DNA from: Saprolegnia diclina VS20
Taxonomy: Eukaryota
Assembly (NCBI RefSeq): GCF_000281045.1
Contig: NW_008246178.1
Span: 56,930-120,929, forward strand
Direction: 5' to 3'
DNA length: 64,000 nt
Position numbers and translations under genes: made by a program. Shown here one piece after another: positions 50,838-63,337 of this stretch. Below the pieces are notes generated by a model. It did no database searches. It saw nothing but the letters and a program-made list of their open reading frames with translations, and had not been told where the DNA came from. Within the stretch, counting starts at the first letter, position 1; the number at the start of each line of letters is the position of its first letter.

Positions 50838-51086
50838 AGCATGCGTTTAGTTGCTTGTATCGACTAATGTTTCGACTGGAGATGGCATTTTGGTGGTATC
50901 TTTGGCACATGCCGCAACGAGTCACCTATATGCCGAATCCTAGAAAACGGTTTCAGAGCTTTTTCTCTGCACCCGGTTGCGCGCCAGTTTTGGTTTGGCC
51001 GCAGAAGAGAGAAGACGAGCATGCGCCTGTGCCCACGAAGCGCCGACTACTGCTTGTTGCCCAGCGGCCGGCGCCTTCCGTGGACG

Positions 51087-52484
51087 ATGGACCGAACCCT
51101 CGCGGTCATGGACGCTCCGCGGACCTCGGGCATGGCGACCCCGCCGCCGCCGACCCAGGACGCCGGCCATCGCGCGACGGACGCCCGACCCGCGCTCGGG
51201 ACCATGTCCATCGCAACCAAGGCTAAGACCATGCGCTACAAGAGCATGGGCGGCAGCGCTGACGACAAGGAGAACCGAAGTAGTGCCAATGACGTCAACC
51301 AGCTTCGCACCGACCGATCGCTTGCCTCGCGCCATGAGCCCATCGAGTTCATCCCACTCGGACGCGTACGATACCGCGGACTCAGGACGGGATATCTCAT
51401 TTTTCGATTTGGTCCCAGCGCAATGTGAAGCCAACGTCCATGCTCCCCAAGCAAGCGCTCGAGAAGAAGCGAGGCCGACAGCTGGAATACGAAAACACCT
51501 CGCGGCCCCTTGCTGGTACTACCGTGACGCTGCCATCGCTCCGTTCGTGGGCGCCCCATGCGAAGGTGTCGTCTTTCTGACTTTCGTCGTCTTCGTGCAC
51601 GCGTCTTCATACTTCTTTGCCTTCTTCGACGACAGGCGTCCTCGGTACCGCCCATGCTTTGTCCACGCCCCGCGCTCGAGCGAATCACGTTGCCGGGCCT
51701 TCAGACGCGCGTCAACCCAACCTTAATTGGTGGCAAACCGTGGACCGCCCCTCGACTTGGCTGCATAACCAATCCGTTTGGCACGGCCGTGCCAAAAGTC
51801 ACGGTCAGCCTTTTCCTAATCCACGTACTGGGCTAATGCGAGGGTCTATAGGTGGCTCCATCTCGGCACGTACCGACGTTGAAGACGTCACCAGCTCGCT
51901 TGCGCCGGCCGACGACACGGACGCCGCACCACGTCACCAAAGTCCGCGCCTTCTACCATGCAAAGGTGGTGCAGGACCTCAAGGCGCGCTACGTCAAGTT
52001 GCGGGCTGTCGACGAGACACCGGTACGAGTCTTTTGATCCGCGCTAGTTTGCTTGCCTCGCCGCTCATCGGTACTAGCCGACGTCGCCTCGCGTTGAGAA
52101 AGAACCGATCGTCCCGATGCAAAACCTCGGCGCGCGCATCAAGCGCAAGGCGCAACTCAAGATGCAATCCAAGCGCAAGGCTACCGAGATGGAGAATGTC
52201 ATGGCCACGCCGACGCCCAAGCGACTTCGCCGACGAACCAAGGCAGGAACCTCGGTCGCTAGCATGCTTGCATTCAACGACCATTTGCTGCAGTCATGGG
52301 AAACGCAGCTGTCGGCAGAAGGTTCGCTGCTTGCACTTGCGATAGGTTCTCATATATCGTCCCAGCATCTCCACAGGTGCGCGTCCACGACAAGCTCATT
52401 GCGTCGCTGGAGCTCAAGTACAAACTTCACGAGACGCTTGACTTTCTCTCGCAGCTCGCGCGGTTACAAGGAGAAACGGCGTAA
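51087..52484 (+). CDS. Hypothetical basic protein with C-terminal coiled-coil, multi-exon
   Basis: Spliceable exons ending VRVHDKLIASLELKYKLHETLDFLSQLARLQGETA*; start uncertain. Confidence 0.5.
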
Positions 52485-52584
52485 GAGATTGCTTGCGTAG
52501 CACACCGTGCTTTAACGTCGATGGCGACTCGACGGGCCACAAGGGTTCTATGATATCGCGTCCCTGAGCGTCTTCTACGGTAGT

Positions 52585-54376
52585 CTAGTCGACGATGATG
52601 AGTCGGCCTTCCTTCGCAGGGTACGCCAGCAGCCGCTTCTTCTCGATGAAGCGCACGACCTCCTCGGCGATCTGATCGTGTGTCGAGACAAGCTTGCCCT
52701 TTTGCCACGCGACGCAGCCGTCACCGCCACCCGCGACAAACTTGGTCGTCGCGACGAGTACAACGGCGTTCAAGTCGATGTTGTTGTCAAACTCGTCCTT
52801 GAACGACGTAATCTACGCAGCCCATGAGATAAGCTACGAAGGGTGACGGCGGTACCGCAGGCATCTCGGGGCGCGACCGGTCGTAGATGATGCGCAGGCC
52901 CGAAACGTGCGGGAACGAGCCCGAGAGCGCCGGGTACACTCGCAAGTGCTGCTCAATTGCCTCCTTCAAGTCGGCCGCCTTGATTTTGATGAGCACCGCG
53001 GGGCGCGGGAACGGCATCTCCTTCTCCAGCAGCCCCACCGTCACCGTCGTCTTCGCCGGGTGCACTAGAGAAGCACTGAGACCCTCGAGAACAAGAACAA
53101 TCGTACCATTGTCGCCACGAACAAAGCCGCCATTCACAAGGCCAAATTGCGCGCCGAGCTCTGATCGGATTGCATCAGCGACCAAGTTACCGAAGTTGCT
53201 CTCTTCGCCACGCATGACAGAGGTCCGCGTGTCGAGCGGTAGTTCCAGCACGGCCAGCTGACGCGCGGCCTTGGCGAGAGCGTCNNNNNNNNNNNNNNNN
53301 NNNNNNNNNNNNNNNNNNNNNNNNNNNNNNNNNNNNNNNNNNNNNNNNNNNNNNNNNNNNNNNNNNNNNNNNNNNNNNNNNNNNNNNNNNNNNNNNNNNN
53401 NNNNNNNNNNNNNNNNNNNNNNNNNNNNNNNNNNNNNNNNNNNNNNNNNNNNNNNNNNNNNNNNNNNNNNNNNNNNNNNNNNNNNNNNNNNNNNNNNNNN
53501 NNNNNNNNNNNNNNNNNNNNNNNNNNNNNNNNNNNNNNNNNNNNNNNNNNNNNNNNNNNNNNNNNNNNNNNNNNNNNNNNNNNNNNNNNNNNNNNNNNNN
53601 NNNNNNNNNNNNNNNNNNNNNNNNNNNNNNNNNNNNNNNNNNNNNNNNNNNNNNNNNNNNNNNNNNNNNNNNNNNNNNNNNNNNNNNNNNNNNNNNNNNN
53701 NNNNNNNNNNNNNNNNNNNNNNNNNNNNNNNNNNNNNNNNNNNNNNNNNNNNNNNNNNNNNNNNNNNNNNNNNNNNNNNNNNNNNNNNNNNNNNNNNNNN
53801 NNNNNNNNNNNNNNNNNNNNNNNNNNNNNNNNNNNNNNNNNNNNNNNNNNNNNNNNNNNNNNNNNNNNNNNNNNNNNNNNNNNNNNNNNNNNNNNNNNNN
53901 NNNNNNNNNNNNNNNNNNNNNNNNNNNNNNNNNNNNNNNNNNNNNNNNNNNNNNNNNNNNNNNNNNNNNNNNNNNNNNNNNNNNNNNNNNNNNNNNNNNN
54001 NNNNNNNNNNNNNNNNNNNNNNNNNNNNNNNNNNNNNNNNNNNNNNNNNNNNNNNNNNNNNNNNNNNNNNNNNNNNNNNNNNNNNNNNNNNNNNNNNNNN
54101 NNNNNNNNNNNNNNNNNNNNNNNNNNNNNNNNNNNNNNNNNNNNNNNNNNNNNNNNNNNNNNNNNNNNNNNNNNNNNNNNNNNNNNNNNNNNNNNNNNNN
54201 NNNNNNNNNNNNNNTCGCGCTTGAGCATCGTGGCCATCTCGGCCATACCTGCAGCGTCATCCTCCGTATCGTCGTCACCTTGGAGGGTCGCATGTACCTC
54301 CGATGCCATGTTCGTTGGGCACGACGTCGTAGACGTCATTGACGGTCAGGACGGACAAGGTCGCGCTGGAGCTCAT
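52585..54376 (-). CDS. 5'-nucleotidase / metallophosphoesterase family protein, copy 2 (spans gap)
   Basis: LSVLTVNDVY, ESNFGNLVADAIR, NGGFVRGD, GSFPHVSGL, FVAGGGDG. Confidence 0.87.
53285..54214. other. Assembly gap (N run)
   Basis: Run of N bases. Confidence 1.
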
Positions 54377-54634
54377 GACGCGGTGCAGGTGACTTCCGGT
54401 CGCGACTCTCTTGTTCCGACTTGGCAGAACCCGTCGCATCTTATCGTGCCCAGCGTTTCAGCGCGATGCCATTGGCCAAAACTCTGCCTTGCACCAAGGC
54501 CATTGGCTGATTTTCGTTTTTCGATTGAATAAAATTATGCTGCAAGATATATACTCGGGGTGTGAATTTAATACGCCGTACCGCGGGCGGCCGACATTAA
54601 GTGTTCGTGGTCCACGAGGAAAGAAGCGGTCAAG

Positions 54635-55065
54635 ATGCAACGCGTTGTGAGCTCCGTGCGCCGATTCGCCAGCCATGCGGCGCCGCACCACCAGGCGGAG
54701 AGCGCCATGATCACCAACAACGTATGCCGCATGGGCGAGAGCGACGCATCTGACCTACTGCGCTAGGGTACCCACGTCTTCGTGCGCAAGGGCTACGAGC
54801 GCTCGACGTGGGCGGGCATCCTCGGCGGCCCGATCTTGCTCTGGATCGGTTTGAGCAACGCGCCGGACACGGACTTTGAGGACTGGGGCCGCCGCGAGGC
54901 CATCAAGCGCCTCAAGGCCGACGACAAGGTGCTCGTTGCCCGGCAAAACACGGTCGGCGGGCCCTTTGTGTACGTCAAGGTACGCTGCCTCGCTTCATGC
55001 GGCCACGACGACTCATGATTGCCATGTAGAATGAGATTGGTGAGCGCCCGGCGTTGGAGGAATAG
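54635..55065 (+). CDS. NDUFB11: NADH:ubiquinone oxidoreductase ESSS subunit (NDUFB11-like)
   Basis: Transit-like MQRVVSSVRRFASH, single TM, then PDTDFEDWGRREAIKRL motif; two introns. Confidence 0.7.
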
Positions 55066-55170
55066 AGCACTAGCGCGTCGACGCTCCGCAACACCGTGAA
55101 TATAGGTGGGTTCTGTTGCCTTCATGTTCAACTTCTGCGTCATCACATAATGTCGAGTTACTACGCATGT

Positions 55171-56317
55171 CTACTTGGCGGCCATGAAGGCCTCGAGCTC
55201 TTCCATGGTACCCAGCGACCTAGATCAGCATGACGAGTAAGACTGCGCGGACGAATATCTCGATACTTACATGCAACTCGCGTCCTTGGAGTGTTGGGAG
55301 ATGAGACCCGTGAGCACGCCGCCGTAGCCAAGCTCGAGGAACTGCGACGCGTTGTGGTGCAGACAAAAGTCGATGCTTTGGCTCCACTTGACGGGGGCAA
55401 CGACCTGCCAGCTCAGGCGCGCGCGCATGTCCTCGACCGCCAACGTATCGGCCGTGACGTTGCAGATGACGGGGATCGACGGCTCACGGAACTTGATTTT
55501 CTCGAGGGCGCGCGCCAGCATATCGGCCGCCGGTTGCATGAGCGCGCAATGAAACGGCGCGCTCACGTCCAGGAGCACTGCGCGGCGCACCTTGAACTCC
55601 TTGGCCATCTTGATCGCAGCATCGACGGCCACGGCGTTGCCGCTAATGACGACCTACATGCGCGATATGACGATGATGTACACACATGTCGCTCGATCCA
55701 CCTGCTTGCACGAGTTGTAGTTGGCGACCTGGCAGACAAGACCGGTCTCTCTCTGGGCGCGGGCGCAGATCGCGTCGGCCGTCTCGGCGGTCGCAGGCAG
55801 GAGGGCAGCCATCGCACCTGGATCCGATGCACCCTCCATTGCCTGCATCATGGCCTTGCCGCGGTAGTGCTAGTCGCTATGAGCAACAAATCCACGAGAA
55901 CGATGCAAGGACATACCACGAGCTTGACGGCGTCGGCGAAGCGCATGGCGTCCGTGGCCACGAGCGCCGAGAACTGGCCAAGCGAATGGCCGAGCGCGTA
56001 CTCGCAGTCGGCGACCGAGAAGTCCATTTCGTGCTACAGCGCTATGAGCGTCAAGATAGCATGCGCGCAGAGGCATCTACCTTGAGCACTTGCAGTACTG
56101 CGTACGAGTGCGTCAGGATCGCAGGCTGGGCGATGGACGTGTGGGTGAGCTCGGCTTGCGGTCCCTCGGTCATGAGGCGCGTCAGGTGGGTACCCATGGC
56201 AGCCTCAGCCTCCTCAAGGACCGGCTCCACGTGCTGCGGCCAGCGCGCGAGAAGGTCCTTGACCATCCCGACCTTCTGGCTTCCCTGCCCCGTGAACGCA
56301 AGACAGCGCCGAGCCAT
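55171..56317 (-). CDS. fabD: Malonyl-CoA:ACP transacylase
   Basis: FTGQGSQKVGM, AQPAIL, GHSLGQFSAL, VANYN, VSAPFHCALM. Confidence 0.93.
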
Positions 56318-56837
56318 GTTCACAAATGAGCCTTCCAAGACCGGTGGTAAATGACAATTGCATTTATTTAGCTTTCGGTTTGTATTCAAGCAGAACCTAT
56401 ACAAACGTCAAGCATAAAATATGCAAAAAGAGGGCTCATATGGAATCCATTTTTGACGCATCAAGATCGTCCAGAGGTGACAAGGAACGGTGACGATGGC
56501 GCAGAGTCGACAGGAAGCTCAACACACCGCTGTAGCAAGGGCATCCATTGGCTCTAAATTTTGCTATTTTGAGTGCAATTGAATCCGTCCCCGGCGTACA
56601 GTCCATACATCGATGACTTGACCAGTGCGTTAGGTCCAACGAGCTGCTGGCTCCTCCTTGCGACAGCTGCATTTCCCCACGTTTCGGCCTCCTCGTGGGG
56701 ATCTCGGTCACGCTGCCTCCGCTTGCATCCCGTGGCTGCACTTACACGGCAGTCTCCGATTCCGGTTATCCGAAGAGTCAACCTATCCGGATGGCGTATG
56801 GTCTTCGCAGTTTACAAGCCAGCAGCCAGCAGCCGCG

Positions 56838-57245
56838 ATGGCCCGGACGAAGCAGGATGCGCGCAAGTCGACGGGCGGGAAGGCGCCTCGGAAGCAGCTT
56901 GCCGTCGACCAGATCAAGAGAATGTCGTCGTCCGGCGGCGTCAAGAAGCCGCACCGCTTCCGCCCGGGCACGGTCGCGCTGCGCGAGATCCGCAAGTACC
57001 AGAAGAGCACGGAGCTGCTCATTCGCCGGCTGCCGTTCCAGCGCCTCGTGCGCGAAATCTCCCAGGACTACAAGACGGACCTGCGCTTCCAGTCAACAGC
57101 AATGCTCGCGCTTCAGGAAGCCTGCGAAGCCTACCTTGTCGGGCTCTTCGAAGACACCAACCTGTGCGCCATCCACGCCAAGCGCGTCACCATCATGCCC
57201 AAAGACATCCAGCTCGCACGACGGATCCGCGGCGAGCGAGCGTAA
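56838..57245 (+). CDS. H3: Histone H3 variant (divergent N-terminal tail), intronless
   Basis: [52 protein letters not shown]... with a canonical fold domain ending RRIRGERA. Confidence 0.97.
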   Translation: MARTKQDARKSTGGKAPRKQLAVDQIKRMSSSGGVKKPHRFRPGTVALREIRKYQKSTELLIRRLPFQRLVREISQDYKTDLRFQSTAMLALQEACEAYLVGLFEDTNLCAIHAKRVTIMPKDIQLARRIRGERA

Positions 57246-57314
57246 GCAGCAGCACGTACTAGTAAACCGCAATGAAATATATGCAGCATTCTCTTCCGCT
57301 TGCATGGCTCCAAG

Positions 57315-60300
57315 ATGAAAGCCGACTCTGCCGCCACGCCCGAGGACACGTCGCATGTCAGGGCAGCTCGTACCGCACGAGTCGAATGGCCCATTCATGC
57401 ACATCGGGTCTACGAGGGTGCTGAACGTAGTCTCCTTTGTCAACCTGCGCAGGCAGGTAATGGATGCCAGTACTACGCCCCGCCGCAGTCGCCGCCATCG
57501 CCACTGAATGGCGCTCGGCTTCTACGTCGTCGCTTGCTACCAAGAGCCAAGTGGCTGCAATCAGGTCCAAGACGCCAGCAGCGACGTGTACGTGTGCGTC
57601 CAGCGGTCGCATTGCGGCTGATATCCTTGCGTTCGGCCCGTTGTGAGATGTCAAATCCGGCCTCCGTCGTTCGATTACACATCGTTCTTCAGCGCCATGA
57701 TACCGGCGGGATCTCATGTTCGATGCCTCCGTCATGCGGCGCCATTGACTGCGCCTTCTTCGCCGCATGCTAGCCCATCCTGTGCCGATCTTCACTCTCG
57801 TCCTACTAGTAGTTGCATGCACAGGTTGTCGTCCACGCGCGGCGCCGTCGGCCAGCGACACCAGCGACGCTTGCTTGTCAAGAGTGGTCGGGCCACTCTT
57901 GCCATCTGTCTTGTGCATACGTCCGTCGCTGGAGGCACGGAGCAATCGCTGGAGCGGCAGCGGCAGGCACACGAAGCGGTCGCTGGAGCAGGCATCGATC
58001 GCCTCCATGAAGCGCGGTCGCGCGCCGCCTTCGGGGCGGTCGCCCATGGTTCCCTTGGTGCGATATGTCCTGTGTGACTTGACATTTGTATGCACTGGAA
58101 ACGCCTTTACTGTGGAAAGCCATCTGTAACAGGTGCTGGCTCGCGCCCGCCACTTTGAGATGCGCCTTTGGTCGATGGACATGGTACGCAGGCCGAGACC
58201 GCAGAGCCTCTCACGCACAAGCATGTAGGACGACGCAGCGCTGGTCGCGTCGTTGCGAGACGCCCCCGACTTTGACGCGACCATGGCGCTACTGACGGTC
58301 CGAGCACTCGCACCATCGATAGTGTGATCGTACTGACGCGAGATGGAGTAGCCGTCGGCCGACGTCAAGCAGCTCCTACCGTCGCTTGGCGTGCTCCTCG
58401 GCGAGTCGCTGCATCCGTTCTTATGCACCGTTGTGGCCAAGGAAGTCCAACAGGCCGCCGAGACACCAAGCATCGAGCTCTTCCGCGCCAACTCGCCTGG
58501 CATGCGCGTATGATACACAGAGCGTCGGACTGTTGGAACTGATGCTTGTCGCGGCGTAGCTGCTTAGCGAGTTCTCGTACCTCGTGGGCGACGCTTACTT
58601 TCGCAGCGTCCTCCTTGCGCCGCTCGAGACGCTCTATGACAGCAGCGAGAGCTACGAAGTCAACGAGACCGTGCCGCTGGACGCTCTCAGCGCCAACCAA
58701 TCGCGGCTCGAAGCCACGGCCCAAGCGATTCTCGACAGGTAGCGCTTGCATGTATGTCCTGGCGATCTCACAGCGACGTCGTAGTCTCTTGGCCGCCGAG
58801 TGCCCGGCGCCGCTGGCCCGCGTCTGCCTCGCCTTTCGCCACTGCGTCGCAACAACGTTCCACACATACACGGACGCCGCGCTCGGTGGCTTCCTCTTCC
58901 TGCGCGTGCTCTGCCCCGCGGTGGTGGTGCCGGCAAAAGCGCATTTGTTTCCCGGTCGACCCATGCCGCCGATCGCCCGCCGCGCGACCGTGCTCGTCGC
59001 CAAGCTGCTGCAGAATCTCGTGCGTTCGACCCTCGTCCCGAGCCAATGTAACGTGGCGCGTAGGCCAACAACGTGCTCTTTGGCGCCAAAGAAGAGTACA
59101 TGACGCCCTTCAACGGGTTCATTCGAAAAAACTACGCGGCCGTCGTCGCCCTCTACGACCGCATTTGCACGAGCGCGACGGCGTCCGAGCACGCTCCGTA
59201 CACGCTGCCGACTGCCATGTCCTACGCCACTGCGCTCGAAGTACCCATTTCGCCTCCTACCTCTGCCAACGACCGTGCACCTAGGTCGTCAAGCGCGAGC
59301 GTGTCAAGTCCGCGCCTGTCAACAAGACGGAGCTGCTCCTGGCGCAGTCGACAGAGCCCACGGTGCTCATGTCGGCGCCGATTGACCGGTCGTCGCACAC
59401 GAGCCACCGCCAGTCGAACGTGCGCGATCGCACGTCGCAGTTTACGCGGAGCTTCGGCACGTTCGTGCAGCGCAGCAGCAACTTTTTCATGACGTCGCGC
59501 GGCGAAGGCTCGTCGACGCGCGCCACCGAGACAGCGCGTCACCGACCACTACCGTGGCGCGACGTAAAAGCGCATATGGGCAGCCTCAACGCCACGGACG
59601 TGCGACCGCGACATAGCCAGTACATTGACGTACGTCTGTCACGATGACAGACCAACATCATCTCCATGTTTGGTAGTGGATCCAGCGCAGCATCGCGTAC
59701 TTGGTCAAAGCGTCGGCGGAGAACGAAGACATGTTGTCGTGGCGGCCACTCAAGCAGAAGCACGGCGTACAGCTCTGGACGCGTGACGTCCACGCCATCA
59801 CCGAAGTTCGGTACGCTCTCCCTCTTGCTCTTATCTGAGCTTATCTCGTTTCTTATTGTAGCGCGTCGGTGGTCGTTCGCAGCGGGAAGAAGGCATGCTT
59901 TAGCTACCTCTGCTCGTCCCGCGGCCGCAAGACGTGGGGCCAGGGCTGGAACTACGAACGGTACCATTGAACGGGCGTACATTCTCACAAACAACCTATG
60001 TAGCGAGGTTGAGCTCGTTGACCACACTACGCGCGTGCTGTACAAGTCGACGAACGGCAGCAGCCGGCTCTGGAGCTTCAGCGCGGACCAAGACATTGCG
60101 CTCCTCGAGAGTGCCGGCTACGACGCCGACCGACCCGCGACGCTCGTGTTCCAAAGCGTCTACCGCAGCGACGTGCCGCCCGTTCAAGGCTGCGCGCGCG
60201 TCGAACTGCGCGCAAGCGGCTTTGTGCTGCGCGCCGAAGGACCAACGGAAACGAGGCTCTCGGTCATTTACCGCTTTGACACGGGCCAGCAAGCGGGGTG

Positions 60301-60358
60301 GACCAAGCACGCGCTGGCGATCGCTCGCGTCAAACTCGACCTCGAGTCGTCCGTATAA
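57315..60358 (+). CDS. RasGAP domain protein with C-terminal START-like domain, multi-exon (start uncertain)
   Basis: LFRANS, GGFLFLRVLCPAVVVP, LVAKLLQNLANNVLFGAKEEYMTPFN; C-terminal FQSVYRSDVPPVQGCARVELRASGFVLR START-like segment. Confidence 0.8.
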
Positions 60359-60397
60359 TTTAAGACACGTTCTCCACACCAATGATTTGACTCGTTC

Positions 60398-61246
60398 TTA
60401 AGCGTGCGGGAGGATCCCGTGCAGGTACTCGTAGCTCGCAAACGGCTCGCTGCAGAGAGATCGCGTGAGGCCCAGCGTCCACTCGGCCGTCGCGTGGAGC
60501 GCAAAGCTCCCGAGGTATACAAAGACGAGGCCGGCGCCGAGCCGCAAGAGCAACGGCCTACGCGCCACGTTAAAACGCAAAAAGGAGAAATGACGCACTC
60601 GAGAAGCGGCACGTAGGCGATCGACGCAAGGGAGTAGCCACCCGCGAGCAGCAATGTCCCCGGCGACACGAGCGCGGTGGCGGCGACCAGAAGCTTTCCG
60701 CCTACAGCTGACGATGAGAGCGTGGAGGCTTGAAAAACATACCGCCAAAGTAGGCGAGCATCGCCCTCGAGACGGCGTGCGTCATGCGAAACCCTTCCAT
60801 TGATGACGTGGCTGTGCCGCTGCCGAGCTCGAAATGCACAAAAATGCGCTTGGACGACGACTGCAGAGGACGACGTATGAGACGGCGAGGTACACGAGCT
60901 ATGGATCGCACCTGGTGAAAGACGCCGTGGTCGTGGATCGCCGTACTGTCGACGAGGCGGTTGTACAGCTCGACCTCGAGCAGCGCCATCCAGTGCGTCT
61001 ACAGAGATGCGTGAGAGGCGCCAAGAAGCTTGGGAAGTGGCCGACTGTCTGGACGACGGGGGCGTCGGTGCAGAGGAGGAGCGAAACCAGGCCGAACGTG
61101 AGCACGAGCGCCGCACTGAGGATAGCGAGGAGCATATTGAGCACAAGGTACAATAGCACGCGGTACGAGGCGACTTGGAAGGGCAGGCCGATCCACGCCG
61201 TGGACGCAGCCGCACGGGGCTTTGGCGCGGCGACCGACCCGTACAT
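60398..61246 (-). CDS. Hypothetical membrane protein (putative 'sensor'-type TM domain)
   Basis: YRVLLYLVLNMLLAILSAALVLTFGLVSLLL and further TM exons joined by short introns. Confidence 0.6.
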
Positions 61247-61321
61247 GTTCGTCTAAATTTATTTCTGCATCCTCCTCGCTCCTCATTGGCGCGTCATTGG
61301 TGCCCTGTCTACCACCGTCCA

Positions 61322-61359
61322 CGCGCGTCCACGTTGAGCCTCGCGCGTCCACGTTGAGC
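61322..61359. repeat. 18-bp direct repeat, two copies
   Basis: cgcgcgtccacgttgagc at 61322-61339 and 61342-61359, upstream of the minus-strand gene starting at 61246. Confidence 0.8.
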
Positions 61360-61589
61360 GCTGAGCGGCGCAGGTTTTCGTACGCCGTTGTGCGATGTAC
61401 GGTATCTTGGAGCTGGACAAACCCTTCCCGAGAGACGAGGCAGCGCGCACAAGGCGACGAAGATCCAGCGCAGGTGGTGTCGACGGCGTCCCTGTTAAGT
61501 GCGCACTGCAATGTGGCATTCGGAAGGTCCATTTGCCGAAATTAGATGACTTCAGAGATGGCATGTGCCACATATAAACACAATCGCGT

Positions 61590-62410
61590 TCAGAGGAGCT
61601 TCTCGGGCGTGATCTCAAACGTGGCCAGCATGTCGTGGGCCAAGTAGGGCGAGAAGAGCACCTTGAGCGAGCGTATATTGGCGTGGCGCGTCTTGGCAAT
61701 TTGGAACCTACGCCCACGACGTCAAGATGCGAAGCCGTCGACCCCGTACCGTTGGTTGACGCAGGATGACCATGCGAGTCCAAGCGCGGGCACGGCAGCG
61801 TCGCGGTCGTCGGCCTTCATGTTGGCCGTCATCTGATTGATGACGACAAACGCGACGTTGAACTGCGCGGCAAGGATGCGCATGCAGTTGACCATCTCGA
61901 ACATGACGCGCGTGCGGTCACCAGCCTCGGACGCCGACTCGACCGAGACGCCGCGGAAGACGGCAGTGATCGCGTCAATGACGACGAGACGTACATTGCG
62001 CTGGTCCAAAAGTGGTGGCAGCCGCGTCTTCTACGCATGAAATGGCTCAGACGCGCTTGCGAGGTGGCAACTACCAGTGCGTGGAGGAGCTGCGGGGCGT
62101 CTGTTGCAGCCTCAAGAAAGATGTGGTCCAGCGACACAGGCTGATCAGAGGCGCTCGCGAGCTGGTCGAGCCGTTTGAGAGGCGAGAGTCCGTCCGAGTA
62201 CATGTAGCAGCTGCTGGCTTCGAGGCCGCCGGATTCGCGGGGCAGCTGGGCGCGCAGAAGAAGCTGCAGGCAGAGCTGCGTCTTGCCGCTGCCAGCGACG
62301 CCGCAAATCTCGGTCACGAGCCCGGTCGGGAACCCGCCCTCAAGCAGTCGATCGACAGCCTCGCAGCCCGTCGCGATCGTTGCCGGCTCCTGGATCGCAA
62401 GCGCTTGCAT
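61590..62410 (-). CDS. XRCC3: RAD51 paralog, XRCC3-like
   Basis: TGCEAVDRLLEGG, TEICGVAGSGKTQLCLQL..AQLP..GGL, LVVIDAITAVFR, PALGLAWSSCVNQR, VLFSPYL. Confidence 0.85.
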
Positions 62411-62419
62411 TCAAGTGGC

Positions 62420-62845
62420 GTCTGATTGGTCGGATAAATTTGAATTTCAGCGAATCACAACGCTTCCCTTCGGTTTCATTCTCCCGTACGACACCTGGGG
62501 GCGCGACCGACATGTCGGCGCGAAGAGAAAGCGAGTAGCTCGCCGAGTCTCACACGCTCCGCAACGTCTGCGCGCGGAAGCCGTTGCGTGCTGGCTTCCA
62601 GCGTCCATGGATTTCAGCCAATCACTGGACGCAGTACATGCACCAGCCAATGGCACGCTGCCATGTTGCACGAGTTTGACCCAATCGCCTTCTCGATGGG
62701 ATCGGGGCATGGTCGGCGTCGGGCACGTGATTGGCTACTTATCCGGATGCAAGATGTGATTGGCTTGGATCGAGAGAACGCGTTCCGGGTTCGAAAGATT
62801 TTGTTCGAAAATCCATGCTTTTGATGATCGGTAAGAAGCCAATTT
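62420..62845. promoter_or_regulatory. CCAAT-box-rich divergent promoter
   Basis: About seven CCAAT/ATTGG motifs between the XRCC3 ATG and the ATG at 62867. Confidence 0.55.
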
Positions 62846-62866
62846 CGCCACGAGCCCGCAAGCAGC

Positions 62867-63283
62867 ATGAACCTCCGGTCGGGCATGAGCGTGCAGGACC
62901 TCAAGATGATGACGGCCCAGCGCGAGTACCGCATCATGATGGAGCAGCTCTCGTCGTCCTCGTCGTCCTCGTCAGCGTCGTCGCCGAGCTCCAAGCACAG
63001 CGGGTCCTTCTCGAGCGGCGTGCACGTGTCGTCGCCGCGCTCGACGCACAGCTTTAGCCTGTCGGAAGGAAGCAGCGAGCCGAGCCCGGTGGCCAGCCCC
63101 GTACTGGCGCCGCAGCGACCACCGTCTCCGCCGCCGATGCAATTGCCGCACCACTACTACGCGCCCTCATCGTACGGCTACAAGAGCGCCGAGCAGCGCA
63201 TGCTCGTGACCTGCGGCGGCCAAGTGGTGTCGCTCATGGAGGGCGTCCGGAACGTTCCGCAAGAGTGCTGCATCAGCCTCTAA
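62867..63283 (+). CDS. Small Ser/Pro-rich hypothetical protein, intronless
   Basis: 138-aa ORF, MNLRSGMSVQDLKMMTAQRE...; coding-like codon use. Confidence 0.7.
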   Translation: MNLRSGMSVQDLKMMTAQREYRIMMEQLSSSSSSSSASSPSSKHSGSFSSGVHVSSPRSTHSFSLSEGSSEPSPVASPVLAPQRPPSPPPMQLPHHYYAPSSYGYKSAEQRMLVTCGGQVVSLMEGVRNVPQECCISL

Positions 63284-63337
63284 GATGTCGTGTACAAAAA
63301 CTCTGTCTGGGTGTCCTTTTGTAATATAGCGTGATCT

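Noticed and set aside
56838..57245. H3 variant as CenH3/CENP-A
   Set aside because: The histone fold and loop 1 are canonical in length and sequence, and the tail is still alignable to H3.
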